DNA from: Betaproteobacteria bacterium | Lineage (GTDB): Bacteria > Acidobacteriota > Vicinamibacteria > Vicinamibacterales > CAVVIG01 | Direction: 5' to 3' | Assembly: GCA_050257855.1 (NCBI GenBank) | Contig: JBLMXQ010000028.1 | Coordinates: 241 to 64,240, forward strand | DNA: 64,000 nucleotides | In this document: positions 35,582 to 44,083 of the stretch, one piece after another | Position numbering within the stretch: the first letter of the stretch is position 1 | Layout of the letters: the number at the start of each line of letters is the position of its first letter | Made by a program: the position numbers and the translations under genes | Notes under the pieces: model-generated | What the model was told of the DNA's origin: nothing | The model's database searches: none | What the model saw: only the letters and a program-made list of their open reading frames with translations

Positions 35582-36771
35582 GCGCGGACCTCCTTCGGCC
35601 GACCCGGGACGACGAGGAACAGGAGCGCCGTCGCGGCGAGCGCGAGCGCGGCGCCGAACCCGAACGCCGCCGGCGCGCCGAGCTCGGACCAGATGACGCC
35701 GAAGACGAGGCTCGCCGCCAGGGCGCCGAACCCGACGGTCGCGTTGTAAATGCCGAACGCGGTGCCGCGCGCGGCGGCGGGCGCGAGGTCCGCCACGAGC
35801 GCCTTCTCCGTCCCCTCGGCGAACCCGAAGTAGAACCCGTACACCATGAACCAGCCGAGCAGCGCATGCAACGAAGTGCTGAAGGCGAATCCCCCGTAGA
35901 CGACCGCGTAGACGATCCAGCCGATCGCGATCACGGAGCGGCGGCCGATCCGATCCGACCAGTCGCCGCCGACCACCGACACGGCGCTCTTCACCAGGTT
36001 CAGTCCGGCCCACATCAGCGGGACGTACTTCGCGCTGCCGGCGGTATCCGTCAGCCGCAACAGCAGGAAGGCATCGGTCGAGTTCCCGAGCATGAACACC
36101 GCGAGTACGGCGATGAACTGCCAGAAGCGGGGCGGCAGCGGCGATACGTAGGGCGACGCGCCTGGCTCCGCGGCCGCGGCCGGCTCCCGCCGCGCGCCCG
36201 ACTCGGGCAGGAAGAAGATCAGCAGGACCGCGATGGCGCCTGGAACGATCGTCAGCGCGAACAGCGTCCGGTACTGTCCCGGGTAAAAGACCAGGAACAG
36301 CGTCGCCAGCGCCGGGCCGACAACGGCGCCCAGGTTGTCCATGCCCTGATGGAATCCGTACACCCTGCCGCGCGTACCCGGTGTCGCCCACGTGGCGAGC
36401 ATCGCGTCGCGCGGCGCGCCACGAACACCCTTCCCCACCCGGTCGAACACGCGGATGGTGAACACCTGCCACCACGACGAGGTCAGCGCGATGATCGGAC
36501 GCGCCGCGGACGACAGCGTGTAGCCGAACAGCACGAAGCGCCGCTTCTCGCCGAATCGATCGGCCAGGCGGCCGGAAACGATCTTCAGGACGCTGTTGGC
36601 CGCTTCGGCCGCCCCCTCGACGACGCCGACCGCCACGGCGCCGGCGCCGAGCACCTGGGTCAGGAAGTACGGAAGCAGTGCGTAAATGGCCTCGCTCGCC
36701 GCGTCGGTCGCCAGGCTGATCCAGCCGAGCAGCCAGACGGGCCGGGGCAGATCGAAGAGGTTGCGGCGCAC
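35578..36771 (-). CDS. MFS transporter (397 aa)
   Basis: GTG 36771. About 12 hydrophobic segments, with an MFS-like loop motif GRLADRFGEKRR between TM2 and TM3. Confidence 0.85.
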   Translation of the reverse strand: MRRNLFDLPRPVWLLGWISLATDAASEAIYALLPYFLTQVLGAGAVAVGVVEGAAEAANSVLKIVSGRLADRFGEKRRFVLFGYTLSSAARPIIALTSSWWQVFTIRVFDRVGKGVRGAPRDAMLATWATPGTRGRVYGFHQGMDNLGAVVGPALATLFLVFYPGQYRTLFALTIVPGAIAVLLIFFLPESGARREPAAAAEPGASPYVSPLPPRFWQFIAVLAVFMLGNSTDAFLLLRLTDTAGSAKYVPLMWAGLNLVKSAVSVVGGDWSDRIGRRSVIAIGWIVYAVVYGGFAFSTSLHALLGWFMVYGFYFGFAEGTEKALVADLAPAAARGTAFGIYNATVGFGALAASLVFGVIWSELGAPAAFGFGAALALAATALLFLVVPGRPKEVRA

Positions 36772-36804
36772 GGGACTATTGTGACTGATGAGGTGCTTCG
36801 CTGC

Positions 36805-36935
36805 CTGGCGAGGGCGGGCCTGAAGGCCCGCCCCTACCGGTGGGCGAGCTCGGCGAGGGCGGGCCTGAAGGCCCGCCCCTACCGGTGGGCGGGCTCGGCG
36901 AGGGCGGGCCTGAAGGCCCGGCCCTACCGGTGGGC
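36805..36935. repeat. REP-like hairpin repeat array, locus b: three 45-nt units GGCGA-GGGCGGGCC-TGAA-GGCCCGCCC-CTACCGGTGGGCGAGCTC
   Basis: Hairpins at 36812-36833, 36857-36878 and 36902-36923 (the third has one mismatch). Loop TGAA and tail CTACCG are as at the other loci, but the stem differs by paired changes (AC/GT to CG/CG). Confidence 0.9.
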
Positions 36936-36950
36936 TGGTGCCGACGAGGA

Positions 36951-37697
36951 TCAGCCGCGATCGTACGGGGTCAGGGCGCCGTCGATGACCACGGGGACGT
37001 AGATGCGGGTGTCGGGGCCGTTCACGGCGCGATACACGGGGAAGCCATGGTACTCGCCGACGCGCGTGAACTCGCCGGGTTCGAACGACACGGCGGTACC
37101 GGCGTTGTGCCAGCGCGCGCCGCCGAATTCAATCCATACTCCTTGGTTCGACTCCGGCATCGGAATCGACCTGAGGTTGACCGGCGCGGCGGGCGCGGCG
37201 GGTGTCGCTGCCGCCGCACGCGGGACCTCCCAGACCGGCACCGTGAACCAGGCGCGGCCCGCCGAGCCGCCGCACGTGTCGCAGCCGCAGCGCTGGTACG
37301 GGAAATCGTTGTACCGGAGCTGAACCGGAAAGCTCGGCGTTCGACTGCCGACGGTGCCGGCCATCCAGCCGGCGCGAGGCCGCTCGTACTGCCGCATCTG
37401 ATAGCCGCCGACCGGCACGAAAACGAGACTGTACGGCTCCAGAGTCGTGTCGGCGTACAACGGCACGCCGCGATAGACGCCCACCTGCTGCATGACGAGC
37501 GGATTGAAAAATACGCGCGCCGATGTCGGACAGTACACCAGGCCGGCGTGCACGATCGGCTCGCTGTTGATCTGCCACATGGACGAGGCGGCGGTCACTT
37601 CCGGCGGCGGCGTGCGGAAGTCGTAGACCTGGGCGTGTCCCGTCGTGGGCAGGAACGCGGCCGTCGAGAGAACCAGCCCGACCGCAATCGCGCGCAT
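36951..37697 (-). CDS. secreted hypothetical protein with an internal duplication (248 aa)
   Basis: ATG 37697 is preceded by GGAGG (reverse complement of cctcc, 37703-37707). Signal MRAIAVGLVLSTAAFLPTTGHAQ. Two related halves: ..VGVYRGVPLYADTTLEPYSLVFVPVGGYQMRQYER.. and ..VGEYHGFPVYRAVNGPDTRIYVPVVIDGALTPYDR... Central CGCDTCGG. Confidence 0.65.
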   Translation of the reverse strand: MRAIAVGLVLSTAAFLPTTGHAQVYDFRTPPPEVTAASSMWQINSEPIVHAGLVYCPTSARVFFNPLVMQQVGVYRGVPLYADTTLEPYSLVFVPVGGYQMRQYERPRAGWMAGTVGSRTPSFPVQLRYNDFPYQRCGCDTCGGSAGRAWFTVPVWEVPRAAAATPAAPAAPVNLRSIPMPESNQGVWIEFGGARWHNAGTAVSFEPGEFTRVGEYHGFPVYRAVNGPDTRIYVPVVIDGALTPYDRG

Positions 37698-37774
37698 GAC
37701 TGCCTCCGCGCGAGTTCCTCTCAATCGGCGTGCCAGTCGCACACACGGTCACGTACAATGAAAGACACACGCTC

Positions 37775-38905
37775 ATGGCGACCCTTGCCGAAATCCTGGC
37801 GCGCGAGACGCGCGAAGGCGAGCTGTACGACGTGCTGCCGGACGGACGGCTTCGCTGCTACGCGTGCGGCCACTGCTGTCCGCTCCCCGAGGGCGCGATC
37901 GGCGTCTGCAAGGTGCGCTTCAACGAGGGCGGGCGGCTGCGCGTGCCGTGGGGCTACGTCGGCGGCGTGCAGTGCGACCCGATCGAGAAGAAGCCGTTCT
38001 TCCACGCGTATCCGGGCGCCCTGGCGTACAGCTTCGGGATGCTCGGCTGCGACCTGCACTGCGCGTACTGCCAGAACTGGGTGACGTCGCAGGCGCTGCG
38101 CGACCCGCAGGCGGTCTCGCCGCCGCGCCGCGCGACGCCCGAGACCCTCGTCCGCGGCGCGCTGGACGAAGGCGCCCGCGTCCTGGTCAGCACCTACAAC
38201 GAGCCGCTCATCACCAGCGAATGGGCGGTCGCCATCTTCAAGGAGGCGAAGGCCGCGGGGCTCGCCACGGCATTCGTCTCGAACGGGAACGGCACGCCGC
38301 AGGTGCTCGAATACCTCCGGCCGTGGGTCGACCTGTACAAGGTCGACCTCAAGAGCTTCGACGACCGTCACTATCGCCAGCTTGGCGGGCGGATCGAGCC
38401 GATCCTCGACACGATCCGCCGGCTGCACGCGATGGGCATCTGGGTGGAGATCGTCACGCTGCTGATTCCCGGCTTCAACGATTCGAGCGACGAGCTGCGG
38501 CGGCTCACCGGGTTCGTCGCCGGCGTCTCGCCCGACATCCCGTGGCACGTGACGGCGTTCCACGGCGACTACAAGATGACCGACCCGGGCGACACGACGG
38601 CCGACATGCTCCTCGCGGCCGCTGACATCGGCCGCGAGGCCGGACTCCGGTTCGTCTACGCGGGCAATCTGCCCGGCGAGGTCGGCGATCTCGAGAGCAC
38701 GCGGTGCGCGGCGTGCGGCGACCTGCTGATCGAGCGCTCCGGCTACTTCATCGGCAGCTACCGCCTGACGCCGGACGGCCGCTGCCCGTCGTGCCACGTC
38801 ACGGTCCCCGGCCGGTGGAGCGAGCGGTTCGACGGCCAGCTCGCCTCGCGCCCGTTCGCCCCCGGTGGTCGCCTGCGGATGTTCGGCATTCGGGCCACCC
38901 GCTGA
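37775..38905 (+). CDS. AmmeMemoRadiSam-system-type radical SAM enzyme (pyruvate-formate-lyase-activase-like), 376 aa
   Basis: N-terminal ..LPDGRLRCYACGHCCPLPEGAIGVCKVR..., ..CDPIEKKPFFH.., radical SAM cluster motif GCDLHCAYCQNW (CxxxCxxC), ..NEPLIT.EW.., and C-terminal ..CAACGDLLIER.. match my recollection of TIGR04337-type proteins. ATG 37775 is chosen over the ORF-track 37730. Confidence 0.8.
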   Translation: MATLAEILARETREGELYDVLPDGRLRCYACGHCCPLPEGAIGVCKVRFNEGGRLRVPWGYVGGVQCDPIEKKPFFHAYPGALAYSFGMLGCDLHCAYCQNWVTSQALRDPQAVSPPRRATPETLVRGALDEGARVLVSTYNEPLITSEWAVAIFKEAKAAGLATAFVSNGNGTPQVLEYLRPWVDLYKVDLKSFDDRHYRQLGGRIEPILDTIRRLHAMGIWVEIVTLLIPGFNDSSDELRRLTGFVAGVSPDIPWHVTAFHGDYKMTDPGDTTADMLLAAADIGREAGLRFVYAGNLPGEVGDLESTRCAACGDLLIERSGYFIGSYRLTPDGRCPSCHVTVPGRWSERFDGQLASRPFAPGGRLRMFGIRATR

Positions 38906-38942
38906 TGTCCGCCGTTTCGGCCCACACGCGCCTGATGCTACG

Positions 38943-38984
38943 AGTTCCTAATTCCTGATTCTTAATTCATAATTCCCAATTGCC
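38943..38984 (+). repeat. six in-phase heptamer repeats (consensus AATTCYY) forming an AT-rich tract that abuts the moaA start codon
   Basis: Read directly: AGTTCCT AATTCCT GATTCTT AATTCAT AATTCCC AATTGCC, then GTG 38985. It is conspicuous against the GC-rich background. Confidence 0.85.
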
Positions 38985-40024
38985 GTGCCGTTCCTGCCCG
39001 ACCGCCTCGAGCGACCGCTGCGCAACCTGCGGCTCTCGGTCACCGACCGCTGCAACCTGCGCTGCGAGTACTGCATGCCGGAGGAGCACTACGTTTGGCT
39101 GCCGCGGCACGACATCCTGCACTTCGGCGAGACGTGTGCGCTCGTCGACGTCTTCATCGGCCTCGGCGTGGACAAGGTGCGCGTGACGGGCGGCGAGCCG
39201 CTGCTCCGGCGCGACCTGCCCCGGTTCATCGGCATGCTCGCCGCGCGCTCCGGCCTCGCCGATCTCGCGCTGACGACCAACGGCGTCCTGCTGGCCGATC
39301 AGGCCGAGGCGCTGAAGGCGGCCGGCCTGCCGCGCATCACGGTCAGCCTCGACACGCTGCGCAAAGACCGGTTCGCCGCGCTGACGCGCACCGACGCGCT
39401 CGACGCCGTACGTGCGGGCCTCGCCGCGGCGGCTCGCCTCTGGGGTGGGGACCGGGCCGCCGGCGGCCTGAAGATCGACTCGGTCGTCATCAAGGGCGTC
39501 AACGACGATGAGCTGGGCGACTTGATCGAGTGCGGAAGGAATCTGAATGCCGAGGTCCGGTTCATCGAGTACATGGACGTCGGGGCGCGTCGCGATGGAC
39601 TTCGGCGCAGGTGATGTCGCGGCGCGAGATGCTCGACGCGCTGGCCGCGCGCTACGGCGCCATCGAGCCGATCGAAGAGCGCACGTCCGCGCCCGCGCAA
39701 CGCTTCCGCCTCCCGGACGGCGCCACCTTCGGCATCATCGCGTCCACGACAGCGCCGTTCTGCCGCGCGTGCGACCGCAGCCGGCTGACCGCCGACGGCA
39801 TGTGGTACACATGTCTGTACGCCTCGAGCGGCGTCGATCTGCGAGGCCCGTTTCGCGGCGGCGCGACGCCGGAGGCGCTCGCCGCGCTCGTCGCGGGAAC
39901 CTGGTCGCGCCGTGCGGATCGCGGCGCCGAGGAGCGCCTCGCGCTCGGCGATCGCCGCGGCTTCGTCCCGCTGGAATCGGTTCGCAGGGACCCGCACCTC
40001 GAGATGCACACGCGCGGGGGATGA
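38985..40024 (+). pseudogene. moaA: GTP 3',8-cyclase MoaA interrupted by an apparent 1-nt deletion (or sequencing error) in a G-run at 39582-39585
   Basis: Frame A (38985-39614) carries the radical SAM motif [10 protein letters not shown], ..[11 protein letters not shown].., ..LALTTNG.., ..ITVSLD.., ..RFIEYMDVG, then reads ARRDGLRRR-stop. Frame B continues [20 protein letters not shown]...FCRACDRSRLTADG..., the expected MoaA C-terminal half. One extra G in gtcGGGGcg would join them as YMDVGGASRW. Confidence 0.8.
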
Positions 40025-40575
40025 TCGCGTCCATGCGGGGGGCTTCCGAGGATCTCAGGCGGGCGCTCGACGCCTTCAGGCGAATCGTTCAGGCGCTCCG
40101 GGTGTCGACCCGCGAAGCCGAGCGCCTGGTCGGGCTGAGCGGCGCGCAGCTGTTCGCGCTTCAGCAGCTGGCGACGATGCCGGGGGCCTCGGTCAACGAC
40201 CTCGCCGCCCTCACGTTCACGCATCAGAGCTCGGTGTCGGTCGTCGTGCGCCACCTGGTCGAGCGGCGCCTGGTGGAGAAGGTCGTCGCCCGCGACGACC
40301 GCCGCCGCGTCCGCCTGGCCCTGACGGAAACCGGCCGCGCGCTCCTGCGCCGATCGCCCAAGCCCGTGCAGCATCAGCTCGTCGCCGGGATCGCGGCGCT
40401 CGACAGTGCCGACCGACGAACGCTGGCGCGCGCCCTGTCGCGCGTCGCGCAGCTGATGGCCGGCACCCATGGTCCCGGGCCCGCACCGATGCTGTTCGAG
40501 GGCGAAATGGGACAGACGCGGCGGCGTGCGAGGCGCACGCCGCGCTCCCGCGCGAGGCGTCGAATCCCGCGGTGA
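40021..40575 (+). CDS. MarR-family transcriptional regulator (184 aa)
   Basis: ATG 40021 overlaps the moaA stop (ATGA). ..LSGAQLFALQQLATMPGASVNDLAALTFTHQSSVSVVVRHLVERRLVEKVVARDDRRRVRLALTETG.. is a typical MarR winged helix. Confidence 0.85.
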   Translation: MIASMRGASEDLRRALDAFRRIVQALRVSTREAERLVGLSGAQLFALQQLATMPGASVNDLAALTFTHQSSVSVVVRHLVERRLVEKVVARDDRRRVRLALTETGRALLRRSPKPVQHQLVAGIAALDSADRRTLARALSRVAQLMAGTHGPGPAPMLFEGEMGQTRRRARRTPRSRARRRIPR

Positions 40576-40583
40576 AAGGACGG

Positions 40584-42587
40584 TCAGGCCGTCCGGCCGT
40601 CGGACGGGAAGCCTCGGGTCCGCTTCGGCCTCGCAAGCACATCCCGCACTTTTCCGACGAGCACCGCCGCCTGAAACGGCTTGCTCAGGAAGCTGATGTT
40701 CGGGTTGCGCTCGTCGATCGGCATGTCCGTGTCGGCGTAGCCTGAGACGAACAGGACGCGCAGCTCCGGCCTCGCCGCCACGAGCCGCTGCGCCAGCGCC
40801 GGACCGTTCATCTCCGGCATCACCACATCGGTCAGCAGCAGATCGATCTCCTGACCGTGCTGCGTGAAGATCTCCACCGCCGCGGGCGGCGCCGGCGCCT
40901 CGAACACGCGGTAGCCATGCCGCCGCAGCACGGCGCTGGTGATCGTTCGGACCGCGTCCTCGTCTTCCACGAGGAGGATCGTCTCACGCGAGACGGCCGG
41001 CTCCAGTCGCTCCTCGTGACGTGTGTCGTCCGTCGCGGGGGCCGCAACCGCCGGGAAGCGCATCGTGAACGTCGTGCCCTTGCCTTCCTCGCTTTCGACG
41101 GAGATGTCGCCGTTGCTCTGGCGGACGATGCCGTACACCGACGCGAGGCCGAGGCCGGTCCCCTTTCCCGGCTCCTTGGTCGTGAAGAACGGCTCGAAGA
41201 CGTGCGCCCGCACCGCCTCGGGAATCCCGATGCCGTTGTCGGCCACGCGCAGCCGGATGCAGTCGGCCGGCCCGCTGGCGGGCTCCAGAGCGATGTCGGC
41301 GTCCGACGCGCGCTGGTGAGCGACCTCGATGCGGATCTCGCCGCCGCCCGGCAGGGCATCGCGCGCGTTCAGCACCAGGTTGAGGATCACCTGCTCGATC
41401 TGCGTCGGATCGACGCGGACGAAAGCTGGCATCGGCGACGCGACGCACACGAGGCGGATGTCCTCGCGGATCAGACGCGTCAGCATCGCCTCGAGGTCCT
41501 GCACGATGCCGTTGAGATCCACCTCCTTCGGCATCAGGACCTGCTTGCGGCCGAACGCGAGCAACTGCTGCGTCAGCGCCGCGGCGCGCGTGCCGGCACG
41601 ACGGATCTCCTCGAGATCGCCTCGATCGGGATCGTCGGACGCGCGGCCGTTGATGAGCAGCTCCGTGTACCCGAGGATGGCCGTCAGGAGGTTGTTGAAG
41701 TCGTGAGCGATGCCGCCCGCCAGCCGGCCGATGCTCTCGATCTTCTCCGACTGCGTGACGCGCTCCTCGAGCAGCCTGCGGTCGGTGATGTCCCGGGCGA
41801 TGCAGAGGTGGCGCCCGGCCTGCACGCGCGCCCGATAGCTGCACTCGACGATGCGCGTGCCGGTCCCGGAGGCGACCTGATGTTCCCGCTTCGCCTCGCC
41901 CAGCGCGAGCAGCTCGCTCCATGCAGCGGCGAGCGGCTCCTCGCCGTCAGCGACCAGGCGATCCAGCGTTCGGCCGACGAGGGCGGCTGGCGAGCAGCCG
42001 AACAGCGTACCGGCCGTCGCGTTCGCTTCGACCACCGCGCGCCGGTCGTCGAGGATGAGCATCGCATCCGCGGCCTCGTAGAAGACCGCGCGGAACTGCT
42101 GCTCGCGCTCGCGGAGCGCCGCTTCGGTCTTCACGCCGTCGGTGACATCGACGAGGCATCCGTGCAGCTCGACCAGCGCGCCGCCGGCGTCGAACTCCCC
42201 GACGACGAGCTCCCTGACGTCGACGAGGCGGCCGTCGTGCGCTCGCAGCCGGGTGTGATGCAGGTCGAGGCGGCGCGCGTGCCGGACCTGATCGACGAAC
42301 GCGTCGCGGTCGCCCGGCGCGTAGAGCTCCTCCAGCCGGGTGGCGATCGCATCGTCCACGGAGCGGAAGCCGAGGAGGCGGGCGAACGCTTCGTTGCAGG
42401 CAACCAGCCGCCCGTCGGGGGTGGACACGTAGAGGCCGACGAGCGCGCGTTCGAACAGATCGCGGAGTCGTGCATCGGAAGCGGAGGCGGCCAGGGGTGC
42501 GGGCACGCGACCGACAAGGGGCCTGACGGAGACTTCGTGCACGTCCGGGATATCGGCCACAGAACCCGGCGGCAACAATTGCGCCAT
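40584..42587 (-). CDS. cytoplasmic hybrid sensor histidine kinase: two PAS domains, HisKA, HATPase_c, C-terminal receiver (667 aa)
   Basis: H-box ..IGRLAGGIAHDFNNLLTAILGY..; N/G boxes ..LNLVLNARDA.., ..DNGIGI.., ..GKGTGLGL..; receiver ..ILLVEDEDAVR..DLLLTDVVMPEMNG..; PAS-like ..ACNEAFARLLGF.. No TM segments seen. Confidence 0.9.
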   Translation of the reverse strand: MAQLLPPGSVADIPDVHEVSVRPLVGRVPAPLAASASDARLRDLFERALVGLYVSTPDGRLVACNEAFARLLGFRSVDDAIATRLEELYAPGDRDAFVDQVRHARRLDLHHTRLRAHDGRLVDVRELVVGEFDAGGALVELHGCLVDVTDGVKTEAALREREQQFRAVFYEAADAMLILDDRRAVVEANATAGTLFGCSPAALVGRTLDRLVADGEEPLAAAWSELLALGEAKREHQVASGTGTRIVECSYRARVQAGRHLCIARDITDRRLLEERVTQSEKIESIGRLAGGIAHDFNNLLTAILGYTELLINGRASDDPDRGDLEEIRRAGTRAAALTQQLLAFGRKQVLMPKEVDLNGIVQDLEAMLTRLIREDIRLVCVASPMPAFVRVDPTQIEQVILNLVLNARDALPGGGEIRIEVAHQRASDADIALEPASGPADCIRLRVADNGIGIPEAVRAHVFEPFFTTKEPGKGTGLGLASVYGIVRQSNGDISVESEEGKGTTFTMRFPAVAAPATDDTRHEERLEPAVSRETILLVEDEDAVRTITSAVLRRHGYRVFEAPAPPAAVEIFTQHGQEIDLLLTDVVMPEMNGPALAQRLVAARPELRVLFVSGYADTDMPIDERNPNISFLSKPFQAAVLVGKVRDVLARPKRTRGFPSDGRTA

Positions 42588-42627
42588 GGGCGGACCCGCG
42601 CGCCAATGGGACCGGTCCGTCCCGGAA

Positions 42628-42652
42628 GCGGACAGTCACGGCGACTGTCCGC
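42628..42652. promoter_or_regulatory. perfect 10-bp inverted repeat GCGGACAGTC-ACGGC-GACTGTCCGC in the divergent promoter region (candidate activator/regulator site)
   Basis: Read directly. It lies about 60-85 nt upstream of the sigma54-like element at 42711. A second palindrome, GGACCGGTCC, is at 42609-42618. Confidence 0.5.
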
Positions 42653-42710
42653 CGTTTCTGGCGAGACCATAACCTTTTGCGGTAGAATAGTTTGCAACAC
42701 ACGAGCGCGC

Positions 42711-42726
42711 TGGCGCGCGGTTTGCC
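42711..42726 (+). promoter_or_regulatory. candidate sigma54 (-24/-12) promoter TGGCGCGCGGTTTGCC upstream of the HlyD/ABC block
   Basis: GG at 42712-42713 and GC at 42724-42725 (12-nt register). The site is 54 nt upstream of ATG 42780. A sigma54 enhancer-binding protein is encoded at the end of the same co-directional block. Confidence 0.4.
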
Positions 42727-42779
42727 CCGCGCGGTCGATGATCCGTTTCGTCACTATTTCCGTCTAAGCACTCAAATAA

Positions 42780-44045
42780 ATGACCATGGATATCGCTCGC
42801 CCGTCCAATGCCAGACAGAAGCGCATCCGCCGCATCGTCTATGCCGGCGTCGGCCTCGCCGCCGTGCTGCTCATCACCCTGGGGCTGTCGCGGCTGAAGC
42901 CTGCGGCCCCGACCGTCGAGCGCGCGGTCGTCTGGGTCGACACGGTGAAGCGCGGACCGATGGTTCGCAGCGTCCGCGGTCTGGGAACGCTCACCCCGGC
43001 GCCGGAAGACATCCGCTGGATCTCGGCGCAGACGCAGGGCCGGGTCGATCGCATCATCCTGCGCCCGGGCGTGACGGTGCAGCCGGACAGCATCATCCTC
43101 GAGCTGAGCAACCCGCAGCTCCAGCAGGAGCTCCAGGACGCGCAGCTGAAGCTGAAGGCGTCAGAGGCGACGTTGACCAACCTTCGCGTGCAGGTGCAGA
43201 ACGACTACCTGACGCAGAAAGCCTCGGCCGCCAGCATCGAGGCCGACTACAACAAGGCCAAGATGCAGGCCGAGATGAACGAGGCGCTCGCGAAAGATCA
43301 GCTCGTGTCCGAGCTGGTGCTGAAGCAGTCGCAGGTCGACGCGGCTCAGCTCGCCGTGCGCAACAATATCGCGCAGCAGCAGCTCTCGACGAGCCAGGAG
43401 ACGATGCAGGCGCGCCTCGCCGTGCAGCAGTCCGACGTCGAGCAGCAGCGCGCGCTCGTGGCGCTCAAGCAGAGCCAGGTGGAGGCGCTCAAGGTGCGGG
43501 CCGGGTTCGCCGGCGTGCTGCAGGTGGTGCCCGTGGAAGTCGGCGCGCAGGTTGTCGCCGGCACGAACCTGGCGCGAGTCGCCGACCCGTCGAAGCTCCA
43601 GGCCGAGCTGAAGATCGCGGAAACGCAGGCCAAGGACATCCAGATCGGCCAGTCGGCGTCGATCGACACGCGCAACGGCATCGTCGACGGCAAGGTGGTG
43701 CGGATCGATCCGTCGGTGCAGAACGGCACGGTCACCGTGGACGTCGCGATGGACGGCCCGTTGCCGAAGGGCGCCCGCCCGGATCTGAGCGTCGACGGCA
43801 CGATCGAGCTCGAGCACCTGAACGACGTGCTCTACGTCGGCCGCCCGGCGTTCGGCCAGGAGCAGAGCACCGTCGGCCTCTTCAAGTTGAGCAGTGACGG
43901 GTCCACCGCTGCGCGCGTGCAGGTGAAGCTGGGAAAGAGTTCGGTGAACACCGTCGAGATCCTGTCCGGTCTGAAAGTCGGCGACCAGGTGATTCTGTCG
44001 GACATGTCGGCCTGGGACGCCTTCGATCGCGTTCGTCTGCAGTAG
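42780..44045 (+). CDS. HlyD-family periplasmic adaptor (MacA-like membrane fusion protein), 421 aa
   Basis: N-terminal TM anchor (IVYAGVGLAAVLLITLGL), a long coiled-coil-like Q/L/A-rich central region, ..VKLGKSSVNTVEILSGLKVGDQVILSD.. at the C-terminus. Confidence 0.85.
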   Translation: MTMDIARPSNARQKRIRRIVYAGVGLAAVLLITLGLSRLKPAAPTVERAVVWVDTVKRGPMVRSVRGLGTLTPAPEDIRWISAQTQGRVDRIILRPGVTVQPDSIILELSNPQLQQELQDAQLKLKASEATLTNLRVQVQNDYLTQKASAASIEADYNKAKMQAEMNEALAKDQLVSELVLKQSQVDAAQLAVRNNIAQQQLSTSQETMQARLAVQQSDVEQQRALVALKQSQVEALKVRAGFAGVLQVVPVEVGAQVVAGTNLARVADPSKLQAELKIAETQAKDIQIGQSASIDTRNGIVDGKVVRIDPSVQNGTVTVDVAMDGPLPKGARPDLSVDGTIELEHLNDVLYVGRPAFGQEQSTVGLFKLSSDGSTAARVQVKLGKSSVNTVEILSGLKVGDQVILSDMSAWDAFDRVRLQ

Positions 44046-44083
44046 CCGATATCGGAAGCGCACGGCCTCCAGATCGGCCTCTT

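Noticed and set aside
37721-37735. Minus-strand TGGCACGCCGATTGA upstream of the secreted hypothetical (start 37697), and minus-strand TGGCACGGTTCTTTC (31433-31447) upstream of the lipoprotein gene.
   Set aside because: Both have a perfect -24 TGGCACG, but the near-invariant -12 GC dinucleotide is GA or TC. They are kept only as weak possibilities.
38906-38984. A Moco riboswitch upstream of moaA.
   Set aside because: The intergenic space is only 79 nt. More than half of it is the simple heptamer tract, and there is no room for the multi-stem Moco motif or resemblance to it.
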